Notes: a model not told the origin generated them from the sequence alone. Positions 1-8,904 are shown, numbered from the stretch's first letter. The stretch is DNA of 46,514 bases from an uncultured Pseudomonadota bacterium (GCA_903824505.1 CAIJXG010000103.1:1-46514); one strand, 5' to 3'. Made by a program: numbers and translations.

Positions 1-121
1 GCCTCGATTACCTGCGCCGATTGTTCTCAAATTCAAGCCTCCCCAAAATAATAACCACACTCGCCCGTTTAATATTACCCGGAACGAGCGTTAACATATT
101 GGTATTGCTGAATGTTAAAAA

Positions 122-355
122 ATGAGTCCGGTACTATGGAGCGATAATTTAATATGGACTGCCGCAGGGATGGGCTTCGGCGCATACGCCGTATGGTTCA
201 TCGCCAAGGAAGTTGTTGCGGATCGTCGAGAAGCCAAAGCCAAAAAAGCTGGTGCCGCCAGTCCAACGCTTGCGCCCTTCAGAACGCCAGACACCGATGA
301 ACGGTTGGCTGGCTTGGGCAAGCAAGTGGAAGCGCTAAGGGCTGAAAGAAAGTAA
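122..355 (+). CDS. Hypothetical small membrane protein (N-terminal TM helix, basic tail)
   Basis: 77-aa ORF with ATG; hydrophobic LIWTAAGMGFGAYAVWFIA segment; convergent with the next ORF; no recognised family. Confidence 0.5.
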   Translation: MSPVLWSDNLIWTAAGMGFGAYAVWFIAKEVVADRREAKAKKAGAASPTLAPFRTPDTDERLAGLGKQVEALRAERK

Positions 356-360
356 CCCCC

Positions 361-1176
361 TTACGGCTCCCGCTTATTGTTCAATCCACGCCCAGCAGAA
401 TTGTCCCGTTTCGTAATCCGCTTGGGCATGACATCGCCAAGAGCTTTTATCCCCGTCCGCACCAGTCCGGCGGTTGTACCCACAAGATTGATCCCCGCAT
501 CTGTGACAAAAGAAACCTGCATTTTTATGCTTTCTGAAGTCTGTGCAGAAAACTGTATTGCGGATTTCGCCTTCGAACGGATACTTTCGCGCACATAATA
601 CAAAAGGAAGCTGTCCTTCACTTTCTGCGGGACTGCACAAATGGCTGCGCCAAGCTGACTAAATGCACTGATAATCTTTTTGCGGGACAAAATTCCGCCG
701 CTCACTGCAAACCCTGCCACCGCTGCCCCATCGGGACTGATAGCCCCGTCACCCACTCCATTCTTGGCCATCGTTGCAAGTGCCGCAGGAAGGGCGAAGA
801 AAAAGGTCACTTTTGCAAGAGTGTGTGTTTCCTTAGGCTTGCTCTCGATGCGATAGCGCTCGGATAAGTCCTCGGTGAGCAGCTTATTCATTTCCTGCGT
901 ATATGCCCCTAATTGCTTGCACCTACCGCACAACTTTTCGGCCTCGGCTTCAAAGTCGGAAATCAGTTTCACTTCCAGCAGTTTTTCCAAGGTTTCATTC
1001 AGCTTCACCTCGGCGTCCCGCAAGGCCAGTATGTGCTGTTTCGTTTCGTCCGAATTGTGATCGGTGACGACGAAGGCCAGAACCGCAGTTTTCTGCCGCG
1101 CCAGTTCCAATTCCCTGACATTGAGGGCAGCGCCGTATTCTGTGAGTAAATTTTGTGCGGTTGCCATAATATCCAT
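361..1176 (-). CDS. Hypothetical protein (helical/coiled-coil N-terminus, two central hydrophobic segments)
   Basis: 271-aa ORF, AAGG just before the ATG; no recognised motif. Confidence 0.65.
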   Translation of the reverse strand: MDIMATAQNLLTEYGAALNVRELELARQKTAVLAFVVTDHNSDETKQHILALRDAEVKLNETLEKLLEVKLISDFEAEAEKLCGRCKQLGAYTQEMNKLLTEDLSERYRIESKPKETHTLAKVTFFFALPAALATMAKNGVGDGAISPDGAAVAGFAVSGGILSRKKIISAFSQLGAAICAVPQKVKDSFLLYYVRESIRSKAKSAIQFSAQTSESIKMQVSFVTDAGINLVGTTAGLVRTGIKALGDVMPKRITKRDNSAGRGLNNKREP

Positions 1177-1488
1177 CCTTGAAATCGGTAGGATGATGGT
1201 ATGGGCAAAAGGCGAAAGTAATTAGCAAAATCAATGGTTTACAAGTAGTTAACTTGTTTGTTAAAGGCAACTACATACCCATAAATGGTAGTCAGCGTGA
1301 AAATAATTGCTCTGAGCGACAAAAAACTGAAACTTGGCGCGGTTTTCGAGGGGCGTCCTAAAAATCAATTCACCCGTCCCGTAGGCCGGACGTTCCCCGA
1401 GTTAGCCTTTCGCGTGGACTTGCGCCGCTGCCGCGCCGCCTTGGGTTAGGGGTGACTACCATCAGTCACCAAACCGATCAACGCATAA

Positions 1489-1538
1489 TTGGGAAATTTT
1501 TGGGAAATCACTCTTAGCGTAAAGCTAAGTCATTGATT
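1489..1538. other. Putative att-end signature: TTGGGAAAT direct repeats (1489-1497, 1500-1508) and IHF-consensus site (1526-1538)
   Basis: Reverse complement of 1526-1538 is AATCAATGACTTA, matching WATCAANNNNTTR; lies just beyond the tRNA-Glu 3' end. Confidence 0.5.
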
Positions 1539-1542
1539 TAAT

Positions 1543-1618
1543 TGGCGTCCCCTACGGGATTCGAACCCGTGTTACTACCGTGAAAGGGTAATGTCCTAGG
1601 CCTCTAGACGAAGGGGAC
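1543..1618 (-). tRNA. tRNA-Glu (TTC)
   Basis: Reverse complement GTCCCCTTCGTCTAGAGGCCTAGGACATTACCCTTTCACGGTAGTAACACGGGTTCGAATCCCGTAGGGGACGCCA; cloverleaf, TTC anticodon, encoded CCA. Confidence 0.97.
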
Positions 1619-1833
1619 GTCGAATAAGGGGATCTGGAAAGCCCCCTTGTTCAGCTTCAGGGGGAGACTGTTAGACAATGTTGTCTGACGAATCAAGAAA
1701 ATTGTGCACAGCATTTCGCCGATGCCCCCATTATGTTTCATCGCGTATCCGTGATTTTTAAGAATGAGCGAAATTTGACGGCAACCAAGCTTTTTCTGTA
1801 AGAGAGAAGGCTCCTTCTTCGCGTTAGGATTCC

Positions 1834-4800
1834 ATGCTCCGTTTATGCCGCCTTATCGCCGAGGCCCTTGCGGCCGCTTTTGGGGTCGGGCTTGTCCTGA
1901 TCCTGCTGCTGGCGTGGCGGCTGAGCGTCAGCCCTTTCACCGCCACTTTTCTGACGCCGACCTTGGAAACAACCCTTGAGCATAGGGTCCCGGGGACTAA
2001 GGCGCAGCTTCCGCCGCCCGTCCTGACATGGAGCGGGGATGACCGCACCATCGCCGTGCATGTCGAAAATATCCGGCTAGAGGATGCACAGGGGCATGCT
2101 TTGGCGCAGATTCCTTCGTTCGATGCCAAAATCAGCGCAATCGGCGTCTTATTCGGGCAATTTTGGCCTGAAGACTTAACCATCGACCATCCGCAAATTC
2201 ATCTGGAACGGGATGCTGGGGGGCATTTCACCTTCGGCGGCGCGCCCGTAGGCGCGTCAAACACCCCAGAAAAAGCGGAATCAGTTGCGGCCGTTCTCCA
2301 GCGTTTGACCGAAGATTTTTCGCGCGCCTTGCTCATGCGTCAGCTTTCCATCACCCGCGCTGTTTTTGACGTGCATGATGCGGCGACCGGAAAGGATTGG
2401 GTGGTTTCTATGCCTGAAATCAGCCTGTCGCGCACCGTCCTTAGCGCGGCAGAGGATCGGATTACCTATGGCGCGATGAGCGGCCATGCGCGGGTTGAGG
2501 CTACGCAACAAGTCGGAACGGCCGCCATTGATATGCGCTATGTCTACGATCCGACCAAGCAGCAGCATCTTCTGTCGGCCGTCTTTACGGATGTGACGCC
2601 TGCCTTCTTTGCAGGAGGTCACCCGGAAACGCTGGGGCTTGCGCCTGCCGCGATGTTGGATTTGCCCCTGACAGGTAAAATTTCTTTGCGTTTGGACGAT
2701 GTTTTTAAACCAGAAGCCCTAACAGCACAAATTCACGGCGATTCAGGTCATTTCGTTGACTCCAGCCTGTGGGATGCCCCCTGCCCCATCGCGGCGCTCG
2801 ATCTTAACGTCGCTTATGACCGCGCGGCGCGAACTCTTGAAATTCACGATACGCAAATTGATTTAGGCGGACCTGTTCTGACTCTCAAGCTTAAGGGATC
2901 GGCCACACAAGATTCTCTGCCGCTTGATTTCAAGCTCCTTTTGACCGCCGAGAATCTGCCGATGAATCGCTATGGGGCGATTGTCCCGAAAACGCTTGGG
3001 CCAGACCCACGCATTTGGATGGTCGCGCATATGCGTGACGGCCTCTATACCCATGCCGAGATGACGACAGAGGGGAGCTGGAGCGCAGAGGATCCTCTGA
3101 ATCCTGTCTTCCGCAAAGCGGATGGCACGATTGCCCTGACAGGCACAACGCTGACTTATCTGGACGGCATGCCGCCGGTCGAACAGGTCAGCGCGGCTGC
3201 GGTTTTTGATCAAGATCACATGGATATCAAGATTCTTGACGGGCACGCCGGCGCGATCCGGATGCAGCCCTTTACCCTTGTGATCGATGGCCTGTCGAAG
3301 GAGAATCAAACCATTGATATTCCCCTTAAGGTTGCCGGAACAGTGCCCGATATTTTGCGCCTTCTGGATCATCCGCCCTTGCGCTATCCCACAGCTTTAG
3401 GACTTGCGCCTGACGGGATGACGGGAAAGGCGGAAGGAGAGGTGCGTTTTCGTTTCCCCTTGCAAAAAGACTTGCGGATGAAGGATCTGGGGATTGACGC
3501 GACGGCCGCGCTCTCGGGTATCGCGTCAACCACGCTGGTTCCCGGTCTTGCGTTAGATCAGGGCGATGAGACGCTAACGCTGACAACCGACGGGCTGGCG
3601 CTGAAAGGAAAGATTGATATCAATAAGGTTCCGTTGCGCGTGACGTGGCAAGAGGCCTTTGCTCCAAAACGGGGAGAAAATCTGCGCCACATCACCCTTC
3701 TCGGAAGCTTGCGGGAAGATCAAGCTAAAGCTTTGGGCCTCTCTTTATTTGACGGCACGAAAGGGGCCATGCCGCTCTCTCTTGATCTTAGAAAAAGGGA
3801 TAAAAATACGCTGCGGGTGGATGGCGGATTGGATTTAACCCCTGCCGCCGCCGTTGTGTCGATGCTAAATTGGAAGAAAGCCGCAGGCGTTCCCGCAAAA
3901 CTTCTTTTTTCAGCTGTTTCGGATCAAAATGACGCCATACGCCTCTCGCGTCTCTCCCTGCACGGACAGGGGGTGACGATCGAGGGAACGGGGCGCTTTT
4001 CAAAAGATATGAGCCATCTTTTATCCCTGAAACTCGCCCCCCTGATTGCAGGGCGCACAAACGCAACGCTTGCCTTGACTCAGGATTTTGGAGCCGCTCC
4101 GTCTCTCACGCTTGATGCCTCGGGCACGTCTTTGGATATCAGCGGACTCCGCAGCCACACGGAAAATTCAGATGAAAAAATAACCCGCACTGAAAATTAC
4201 ACCCTCAACATCGCGAAACTTTACACCAGCGAAACGGGGGCGATGACCCAAGTGACAGCCCGCGCAACGCGCGATTCTGACGGTTGGGCCATGATCGATT
4301 TCAAAGGAGTTGCACAAGGTGATACGCCCATGACGCTCTCCTTGACGCCTCAAGCGGATGGAAGCCGCAGCCTCTCCCTTCAAAGCGAGTCCTTCGGCAA
4401 GGTGATGGCAGGGCTTGGCTTTACCGATACGATTCAAGGCGGCGCCCTGACTGTCACGGGGCACAGTGTCCCTACAGATCCCCATACACTTGACGGAGAG
4501 ATTAAAATTGCCGGATTCTCGGTCGAAAAACTGCCTGTCCTAATGCTATTGATCAACGCGGCCTCCCCTTTCGGCTTTACGGACATTCTGACCGATCGCG
4601 CGAGCTTCGATCATTTGGACGGCGCGTTTCGCTGGCAAGGGCAGAGTTTGTCTCTTTCCCATATCCACGCCGCCGGATCGGCCGTTGGCATCAATCTGGA
4701 CGGCAAGATCAATATGGAAACGGGCGCGGCGGCGTTGAAGGGCACGCTGGTTCCCTTCAGCAGCGTGAACCGCTTGTTGGGATGGCTTCCTGTCATCGGC

Positions 4801-4962
4801 GATCTTCTGACAGGAGGTAAGGATCAGGGAGTCCTTGCGGTCTCCTTCGGGATTTCCGGCGCGCTTCAGGATCCGAAAATATCCGTCAATCCTGTTTCTT
4901 TGCTAACGCCGGGCTTCTTGCGCACCTTGTTCTTCGGCGAAAAGGAAGAGGAAGAACCGTAA
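1834..4962 (+). CDS. YhdP/AsmA-like (DUF3971 + AsmA-like C-terminal) envelope lipid-transport protein
   Basis: 1042 aa, N-terminal TM anchor, beta-rich body, C-terminal ...GVLAVSFGISGALQDPKISVNPVSLLTPGFLR typical of AsmA_2. Confidence 0.85.
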   Translation: MLRLCRLIAEALAAAFGVGLVLILLLAWRLSVSPFTATFLTPTLETTLEHRVPGTKAQLPPPVLTWSGDDRTIAVHVENIRLEDAQGHALAQIPSFDAKISAIGVLFGQFWPEDLTIDHPQIHLERDAGGHFTFGGAPVGASNTPEKAESVAAVLQRLTEDFSRALLMRQLSITRAVFDVHDAATGKDWVVSMPEISLSRTVLSAAEDRITYGAMSGHARVEATQQVGTAAIDMRYVYDPTKQQHLLSAVFTDVTPAFFAGGHPETLGLAPAAMLDLPLTGKISLRLDDVFKPEALTAQIHGDSGHFVDSSLWDAPCPIAALDLNVAYDRAARTLEIHDTQIDLGGPVLTLKLKGSATQDSLPLDFKLLLTAENLPMNRYGAIVPKTLGPDPRIWMVAHMRDGLYTHAEMTTEGSWSAEDPLNPVFRKADGTIALTGTTLTYLDGMPPVEQVSAAAVFDQDHMDIKILDGHAGAIRMQPFTLVIDGLSKENQTIDIPLKVAGTVPDILRLLDHPPLRYPTALGLAPDGMTGKAEGEVRFRFPLQKDLRMKDLGIDATAALSGIASTTLVPGLALDQGDETLTLTTDGLALKGKIDINKVPLRVTWQEAFAPKRGENLRHITLLGSLREDQAKALGLSLFDGTKGAMPLSLDLRKRDKNTLRVDGGLDLTPAAAVVSMLNWKKAAGVPAKLLFSAVSDQNDAIRLSRLSLHGQGVTIEGTGRFSKDMSHLLSLKLAPLIAGRTNATLALTQDFGAAPSLTLDASGTSLDISGLRSHTENSDEKITRTENYTLNIAKLYTSETGAMTQVTARATRDSDGWAMIDFKGVAQGDTPMTLSLTPQADGSRSLSLQSESFGKVMAGLGFTDTIQGGALTVTGHSVPTDPHTLDGEIKIAGFSVEKLPVLMLLINAASPFGFTDILTDRASFDHLDGAFRWQGQSLSLSHIHAAGSAVGINLDGKINMETGAAALKGTLVPFSSVNRLLGWLPVIGDLLTGGKDQGVLAVSFGISGALQDPKISVNPVSLLTPGFLRTLFFGEKEEEEP

Positions 4963-4991
4963 TACTCGGCTTTCCAAGGAAACCGAGTATA
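4962..4991 (-). repeat. Collapsed ~30-bp palindromic form of MITE family A
   Basis: ATACTCGGCTTTCCAAGGAAACCGAGTATA is the reverse complement of the family A left hairpin joined to the terminal TA; overlaps the stop codon of the upstream gene. Confidence 0.85.
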
Positions 4992-5025
4992 GTAAAAAAC
5001 TACACTTACAGTTGGCTTCATGGCT

Positions 5026-5240
5026 CAGCAATTCTAATTCCAGAAAAACCAACAGATAACATACTGATACAGAACGAAGAAACTTTTTATCCACAGATTT
5101 TATATCCGCTCGGGTATCAGGGAATCCCGCATATTTATTGACTTTTGGAGTGCGCGTAAAAAATAAACCCCAACAAAAAATAAAAAATATCAATGCTATT
5201 CAACGGATTGGACTTAATTTGGCTGGAATTAGAATTGCTG
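5026..5240. mobile_element. 215-bp MITE (family C) with 18-bp perfect TIRs and 9-bp target-site duplication
   Basis: TIR CAGCAATTCTAATTCCAG (5026-5043) / CTGGAATTAGAATTGCTG (5223-5240); flanked by TTCATGGCT at 5017-5025 and 5241-5249; AT-rich interior with no transposase. Confidence 0.9.
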
Positions 5241-5338
5241 TTCATGGCTCCCCGCTCATAACTTTTGGACTTTCTCATGGCCGAATCAAACCGCTTCACC
5301 TGCGGAGGATGGGTAAGCCGCCATCGCTTGAAGAAGGC

Positions 5339-5992
5339 TTACCTGACTGGAAACCATCTTGGGGTGGAAATCACAGGAATGCCAATAGAACAAGCCTCGT
5401 AAACAGAAAGGGGAACCGCAGGGCTTATCGATGAGGTAAACAGCGCATCGATCTGTTGATAATCAGAGACGTCTGCTGCTTTTTCTATATAGGTGCCGAG
5501 GTCAGCGATATGATCAAGATTTCGTCCGATCATAAGAACATCGATGTCGATTTCTTTTCTGACTGTGGTGACAACCTCTTTAAATAGGAGGGATTGTTTT
5601 TCCATACTAGGCGTCTCGCCGCAGAAAAAACCTAGCGTGGGCCGTTGGCATTGGACCAGAGGCTTCGTGATATCCGATCGCGCTCCTATCGGTATTATTT
5701 TGTGGTTTCCAGAAAACCCTCTCTTTTTCCATAGCCAAAATTGCAGGGGATGTGTGAAGATCACCAGTGCCGCTTTTTGAAAATAAGTCACATCATAGTC
5801 GTACATATCATGAACTTGTACAATCGTTCGGCTAATATCTGGGGCCTTATAGGCTTCGCCTGTTCGAATGCACAGCCAGCAATCGGCCTCTTCAAGGGGG
5901 GCTTCGGTTGTGAGTAGTCCCAATTTCCTAAAGCATCCTTGTAAGTCTTCAAAGAGCCAGCCAAGATTTGTGCAATACGAGTTGATGATCAT
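5339..5992 (-). CDS. Glycosyltransferase (GT-B/GT4-like), probably C-terminally truncated
   Basis: YQQIDALFTSS...PLSVYEACSIGIPVIST resembles the GT4 nucleotide-sugar motif; ORF stops 7 residues later; lower GC than neighbours. Confidence 0.65.
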   Translation of the reverse strand: MIINSYCTNLGWLFEDLQGCFRKLGLLTTEAPLEEADCWLCIRTGEAYKAPDISRTIVQVHDMYDYDVTYFQKAALVIFTHPLQFWLWKKRGFSGNHKIIPIGARSDITKPLVQCQRPTLGFFCGETPSMEKQSLLFKEVVTTVRKEIDIDVLMIGRNLDHIADLGTYIEKAADVSDYQQIDALFTSSISPAVPLSVYEACSIGIPVISTPRWFPVR

Positions 5993-6045
5993 AAGAACGC
6001 TCGTTTTATTCGATCCAATTTATCCCACGGATCTTTTTGCTCAGG

Positions 6046-6498
6046 TTACCGTGTCCCCGTCGACCCAAACCCTCCTGCCCCTCGCACCGTGGCAGAGAGC
6101 GTTGCGGTCTCCTCCCAGCTCACGCGGCTGTGGGACGCGACCACCATCTGAGCGATTCGCAGACCCCGCGTCACAATGAAAGGCTCTGTGCCCAGATTGG
6201 CGAGAATAACCTGCACCTCGCCCCTGTAATCGGCATCGATCGTGCCCGGGCTGTTCAACACCGTTACCCCATGTTTCAGCGCAAGGCCTGACCGAGGCCG
6301 CACCTGCGCCTCATACCCTTCAGGTAAAGCCATCGAAAGCCCCGTTGGGACAAGAACCCGTTGTCCGGGCTGAAGAATGATGTCGGCGCTGACAGCAGCG
6401 CACAAATCCATCCCCGCCGCCTGAGGGGTTGCATAAGAAGGTAAAGTCAACCCTTCCGCATGAGGCAAACGGGTCAGAGCAACGAAGATCGGAAGCAT
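6046..6498 (-). CDS. dut: dUTP diphosphatase
   Basis: Motifs [36 protein letters not shown]. Confidence 0.97.
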   Translation of the reverse strand: MLPIFVALTRLPHAEGLTLPSYATPQAAGMDLCAAVSADIILQPGQRVLVPTGLSMALPEGYEAQVRPRSGLALKHGVTVLNSPGTIDADYRGEVQVILANLGTEPFIVTRGLRIAQMVVASHSRVSWEETATLSATVRGAGGFGSTGTR

Positions 6499-6624
6499 AG
6501 GAGTCTCTTTTTAGATAGGGGTTAGGGAGAAGGTTCTTCTGATTTTATAGCATACCATTCTAACAGCTGCATCGCTCTGCCGGAAGAAGCAAAAAGCACC
6601 ACCCAGAAAATCATTGGCACCCCA

Positions 6625-7683
6625 TCAAGACACGCGACATTCAACGACCTTAAAAAGCTCTCCCATCTGATCGGGGGCGGTTAGGCGGTGAAGCGCCGCG
6701 TCTATCACAGCAGCCTGATCAGAAGTCGCACGGGCTTTCAGCGCATCGGCTCTAATCTCTATCCCCAAATTTCTAAGAAACTCCCCCTGCCCGACCACAG
6801 GCGACGGCGACAAGCCTTCCGCCCGCGCAACCTCAATCAGCGCCGTGAAGTCCACATGCGCCGTTAAATCTACCTCACCCGGACGATCAAAGATGGAAGC
6901 CGCAGCGTGGCGAGAAACGGCCTGAAGCGTCGGCGCGAAAGACGGCGCGACATAGCCATAATCGATTAAAAGCATCGCTCCGCCGTAAGCGCAAAGATGC
7001 CGCGCCAAAAGACGCAGGCACAAAGAGGCGGGTCCTGCCGTTTCGATCACGCTACCCACGCGTGCCTGACAATTTTGTTCGGAAATCAGCGCCCCTTCCA
7101 AAGGGCCTAGCGGCTCAAGAACAAAAGCCAAATTGTCATCCACAAGCCCGACACGTCTCTCTGCCCAGCCCTGAAAGGTTTTTTCAAACTGACGAATAGG
7201 GAGCGCATCAAAAAATTCGTTGGCCAGAATGAAAGTTGGCAAAGGCGGGAGACCATCCAGCGTATCAAGATAAACGGCATGCCACGGCGCGAGACGATCT
7301 TCCTGCTCGGCCTTCAACGGTCCAGAGCTTTCAAGCAAATAAAGCTGCAACGCGGCATGAAAACCGCCCACATGCGCTGTCGCACGGAGCAAATCGCGCA
7401 GCAGCGTGCCGCGCCCTGCCCCAAGTTCCAGCAAGGCGAACGGCGCAGGTTTTCCGGCCTTTCGCCACGCTTCCACAGCCCAAACACCGATCATCTCGCC
7501 GAACATCTGGCTGACTTCGGGCGCTGTAATAAAATCTCCCTCGCGGCCCACAGGGTGCCGCACACGATAATAGCCGTAAAGGGGATGCTGAAGCGCAAGC
7601 TCCATATAGGCTTCAAGCGACAAAGAGCCCTGCGACCCCTGTGCCACGATCAGCTGGCGGATAAGCGTTTCAAGCGGGTTCAT
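6625..7683 (-). CDS. SAM-dependent methyltransferase, MidA/NDUFAF7 family
   Basis: GDFITAPEVSQMFGE, LELGAGRGTL, ANEFFDALP, IDYG, DLTAHVDF, MGELFKV. Confidence 0.92.
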   Translation of the reverse strand: MNPLETLIRQLIVAQGSQGSLSLEAYMELALQHPLYGYYRVRHPVGREGDFITAPEVSQMFGEMIGVWAVEAWRKAGKPAPFALLELGAGRGTLLRDLLRATAHVGGFHAALQLYLLESSGPLKAEQEDRLAPWHAVYLDTLDGLPPLPTFILANEFFDALPIRQFEKTFQGWAERRVGLVDDNLAFVLEPLGPLEGALISEQNCQARVGSVIETAGPASLCLRLLARHLCAYGGAMLLIDYGYVAPSFAPTLQAVSRHAAASIFDRPGEVDLTAHVDFTALIEVARAEGLSPSPVVGQGEFLRNLGIEIRADALKARATSDQAAVIDAALHRLTAPDQMGELFKVVECRVS

Positions 7684-7765
7684 GACGGGGCTCTCTCAAG
7701 ATGGTGCGCGTCAGAATCTAGCGCGTTAGGGCCGGAAAGAGAAGCGGCGGCTTATGCCGCTAAAA

Positions 7766-7815
7766 GTCCTAAATTTTTTCAAAGACTCCTAGAGCTTAAA
7801 ATTTAGGACCCTTGG
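7766..7815 (+). repeat. Palindromic repeat family B, copy 1
   Basis: GTCCTAAATTTT...AAAATTTAGGAC arms around TTCAAAGACTC; matches the reverse complement of 33819-33872 and 46398-46423. Confidence 0.8.
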
Positions 7816-7933
7816 TATACTCGGTTTCCTTGGAAAGCCGAGCATTCGATTCCGTGCAAAACACCCGCTCAGCGAAGCTGATGCGCCTTTTGCGCGGACA
7901 AAACGTGAGGGGTTCCGAAGGAACCCAAGTATA
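7816..7933 (+). mobile_element. MITE family A, long copy 1 (~118 bp)
   Basis: TATACTCGG...CCAAGTATA termini; near-identical to copies at 16778, 35449 and 46424. Confidence 0.9.
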
Positions 7934-8042
7934 TAATGCCTTTCGGTCCCCCCTTTCCCTCGCGCAGAGACTTTCCGAACTTGTGTTCTTAGCCCAGAAC
8001 ACGTATAGCCGGAACCAAAGAAGATCCTGTGTGGGAGGATGC

Positions 8043-8702
8043 ATGCGGAAGATTATTTTGACGGGAGGCAGTGACGGCCTCGGCCAAGCATTCGGGGAAA
8101 TCTGCGCTCAAGAAAAGATCGACGTCGTTTGTTTGTCCAGACAAGCCCCTCAGTACGCTGCGCACCATATACAGACCAATCTGCTGCGTGAAGACTCCAT
8201 CCTTCAGGCGGTTGATCAGATCAAAGCGCATCATGCTTGTTTTGATGCGCTTATCCACTGCGCCGGCGTTTATAGTGCCCAGTCCCCTTCCACCCTTTCC
8301 TATTCGGAAGTCGAGCGCGTGATGAAAGTCAATCTTATCGCGCCCCTCCTCTTAACAGGACAGCTTTTTGATCTTATAAAAGAAAACGGCGCGGATATCC
8401 TGAATGTCGGATCTACGGTTGGGACAAAAGCTTACGAAGACCAATGCGCCTACGGGGCGTCAAAATGGGCCCTCCGAGGGGTAAGTCAGAATTGGCAACT
8501 TGAGCTGAAGAAAACAAAATGTCGCGTGATCCAATTCAACCCAGGCGGCTTTAAGTCCGATCTTGTTAAAAAATACGACTCTCAAAATGTTGACCTGAGC
8601 GCCTATATGGACCCGCAAGATCTTGCGCGGTTTATGCTACACATCTTACAGCTTCCAAAATCCATGGAAATCAGCGAGGTACTGATTAACCGGAAAGACT
8701 GA
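8043..8702 (+). CDS. Short-chain dehydrogenase/reductase (SDR)
   Basis: TGGSDGLG Rossmann motif, YGASK catalytic motif; GGAGG RBS before ATG 8043 (the upstream ORF extension is MITE sequence). Confidence 0.92.
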   Translation: MRKIILTGGSDGLGQAFGEICAQEKIDVVCLSRQAPQYAAHHIQTNLLREDSILQAVDQIKAHHACFDALIHCAGVYSAQSPSTLSYSEVERVMKVNLIAPLLLTGQLFDLIKENGADILNVGSTVGTKAYEDQCAYGASKWALRGVSQNWQLELKKTKCRVIQFNPGGFKSDLVKKYDSQNVDLSAYMDPQDLARFMLHILQLPKSMEISEVLINRKD

Positions 8703-8774
8703 GCCGTTAACTAAGACGCATTATCTTACAGAGAACCAGTTTTTACAAGGCAATAAAATAGTTTCAGGCTATAA

Positions 8775-8804
8775 ATTGCCTGTTTTTTACAAAAAACAGG
8801 CAAT
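8775..8804. repeat. Perfect 14-bp inverted repeat (possible bidirectional terminator or protein-binding site)
   Basis: ATTGCCTGTTTTTT-AC-AAAAAACAGGCAAT between the convergent SDR and tig genes. Confidence 0.5.
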
Positions 8805-8841
8805 ACGAAGCGCTGCACAAAAGAAAACCTCGTACGGAATC

Positions 8842-8868
8842 AAAAAAAGTGGGGGCATACGCCCCCAC
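8842..8868 (-). terminator. Rho-independent terminator of tig
   Basis: GTGGGGGC-ATAC-GCCCCCAC hairpin with a T7 tract on the minus strand, downstream of the tig stop. Confidence 0.8.
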
Positions 8869-8904
8869 CTTATCCCCTATAGCTCAAGACATACGGAAAG
8901 GGTC

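Noticed and set aside
1249-1264. CtrA box
   Set aside because: Spacing is TTAA-N8-TTAA, not the canonical N7.
4903-5434. ORFs 4903-5193 (-) and 5138-5434 (+)
   Set aside because: They span MITE sequences and overlap real genes; no transposase motifs.
7812-8042. 77-aa N-terminal extension of the SDR ORF
   Set aside because: Made of stop-free MITE A and intergenic DNA; the RBS and Rossmann motif place the start at 8043.
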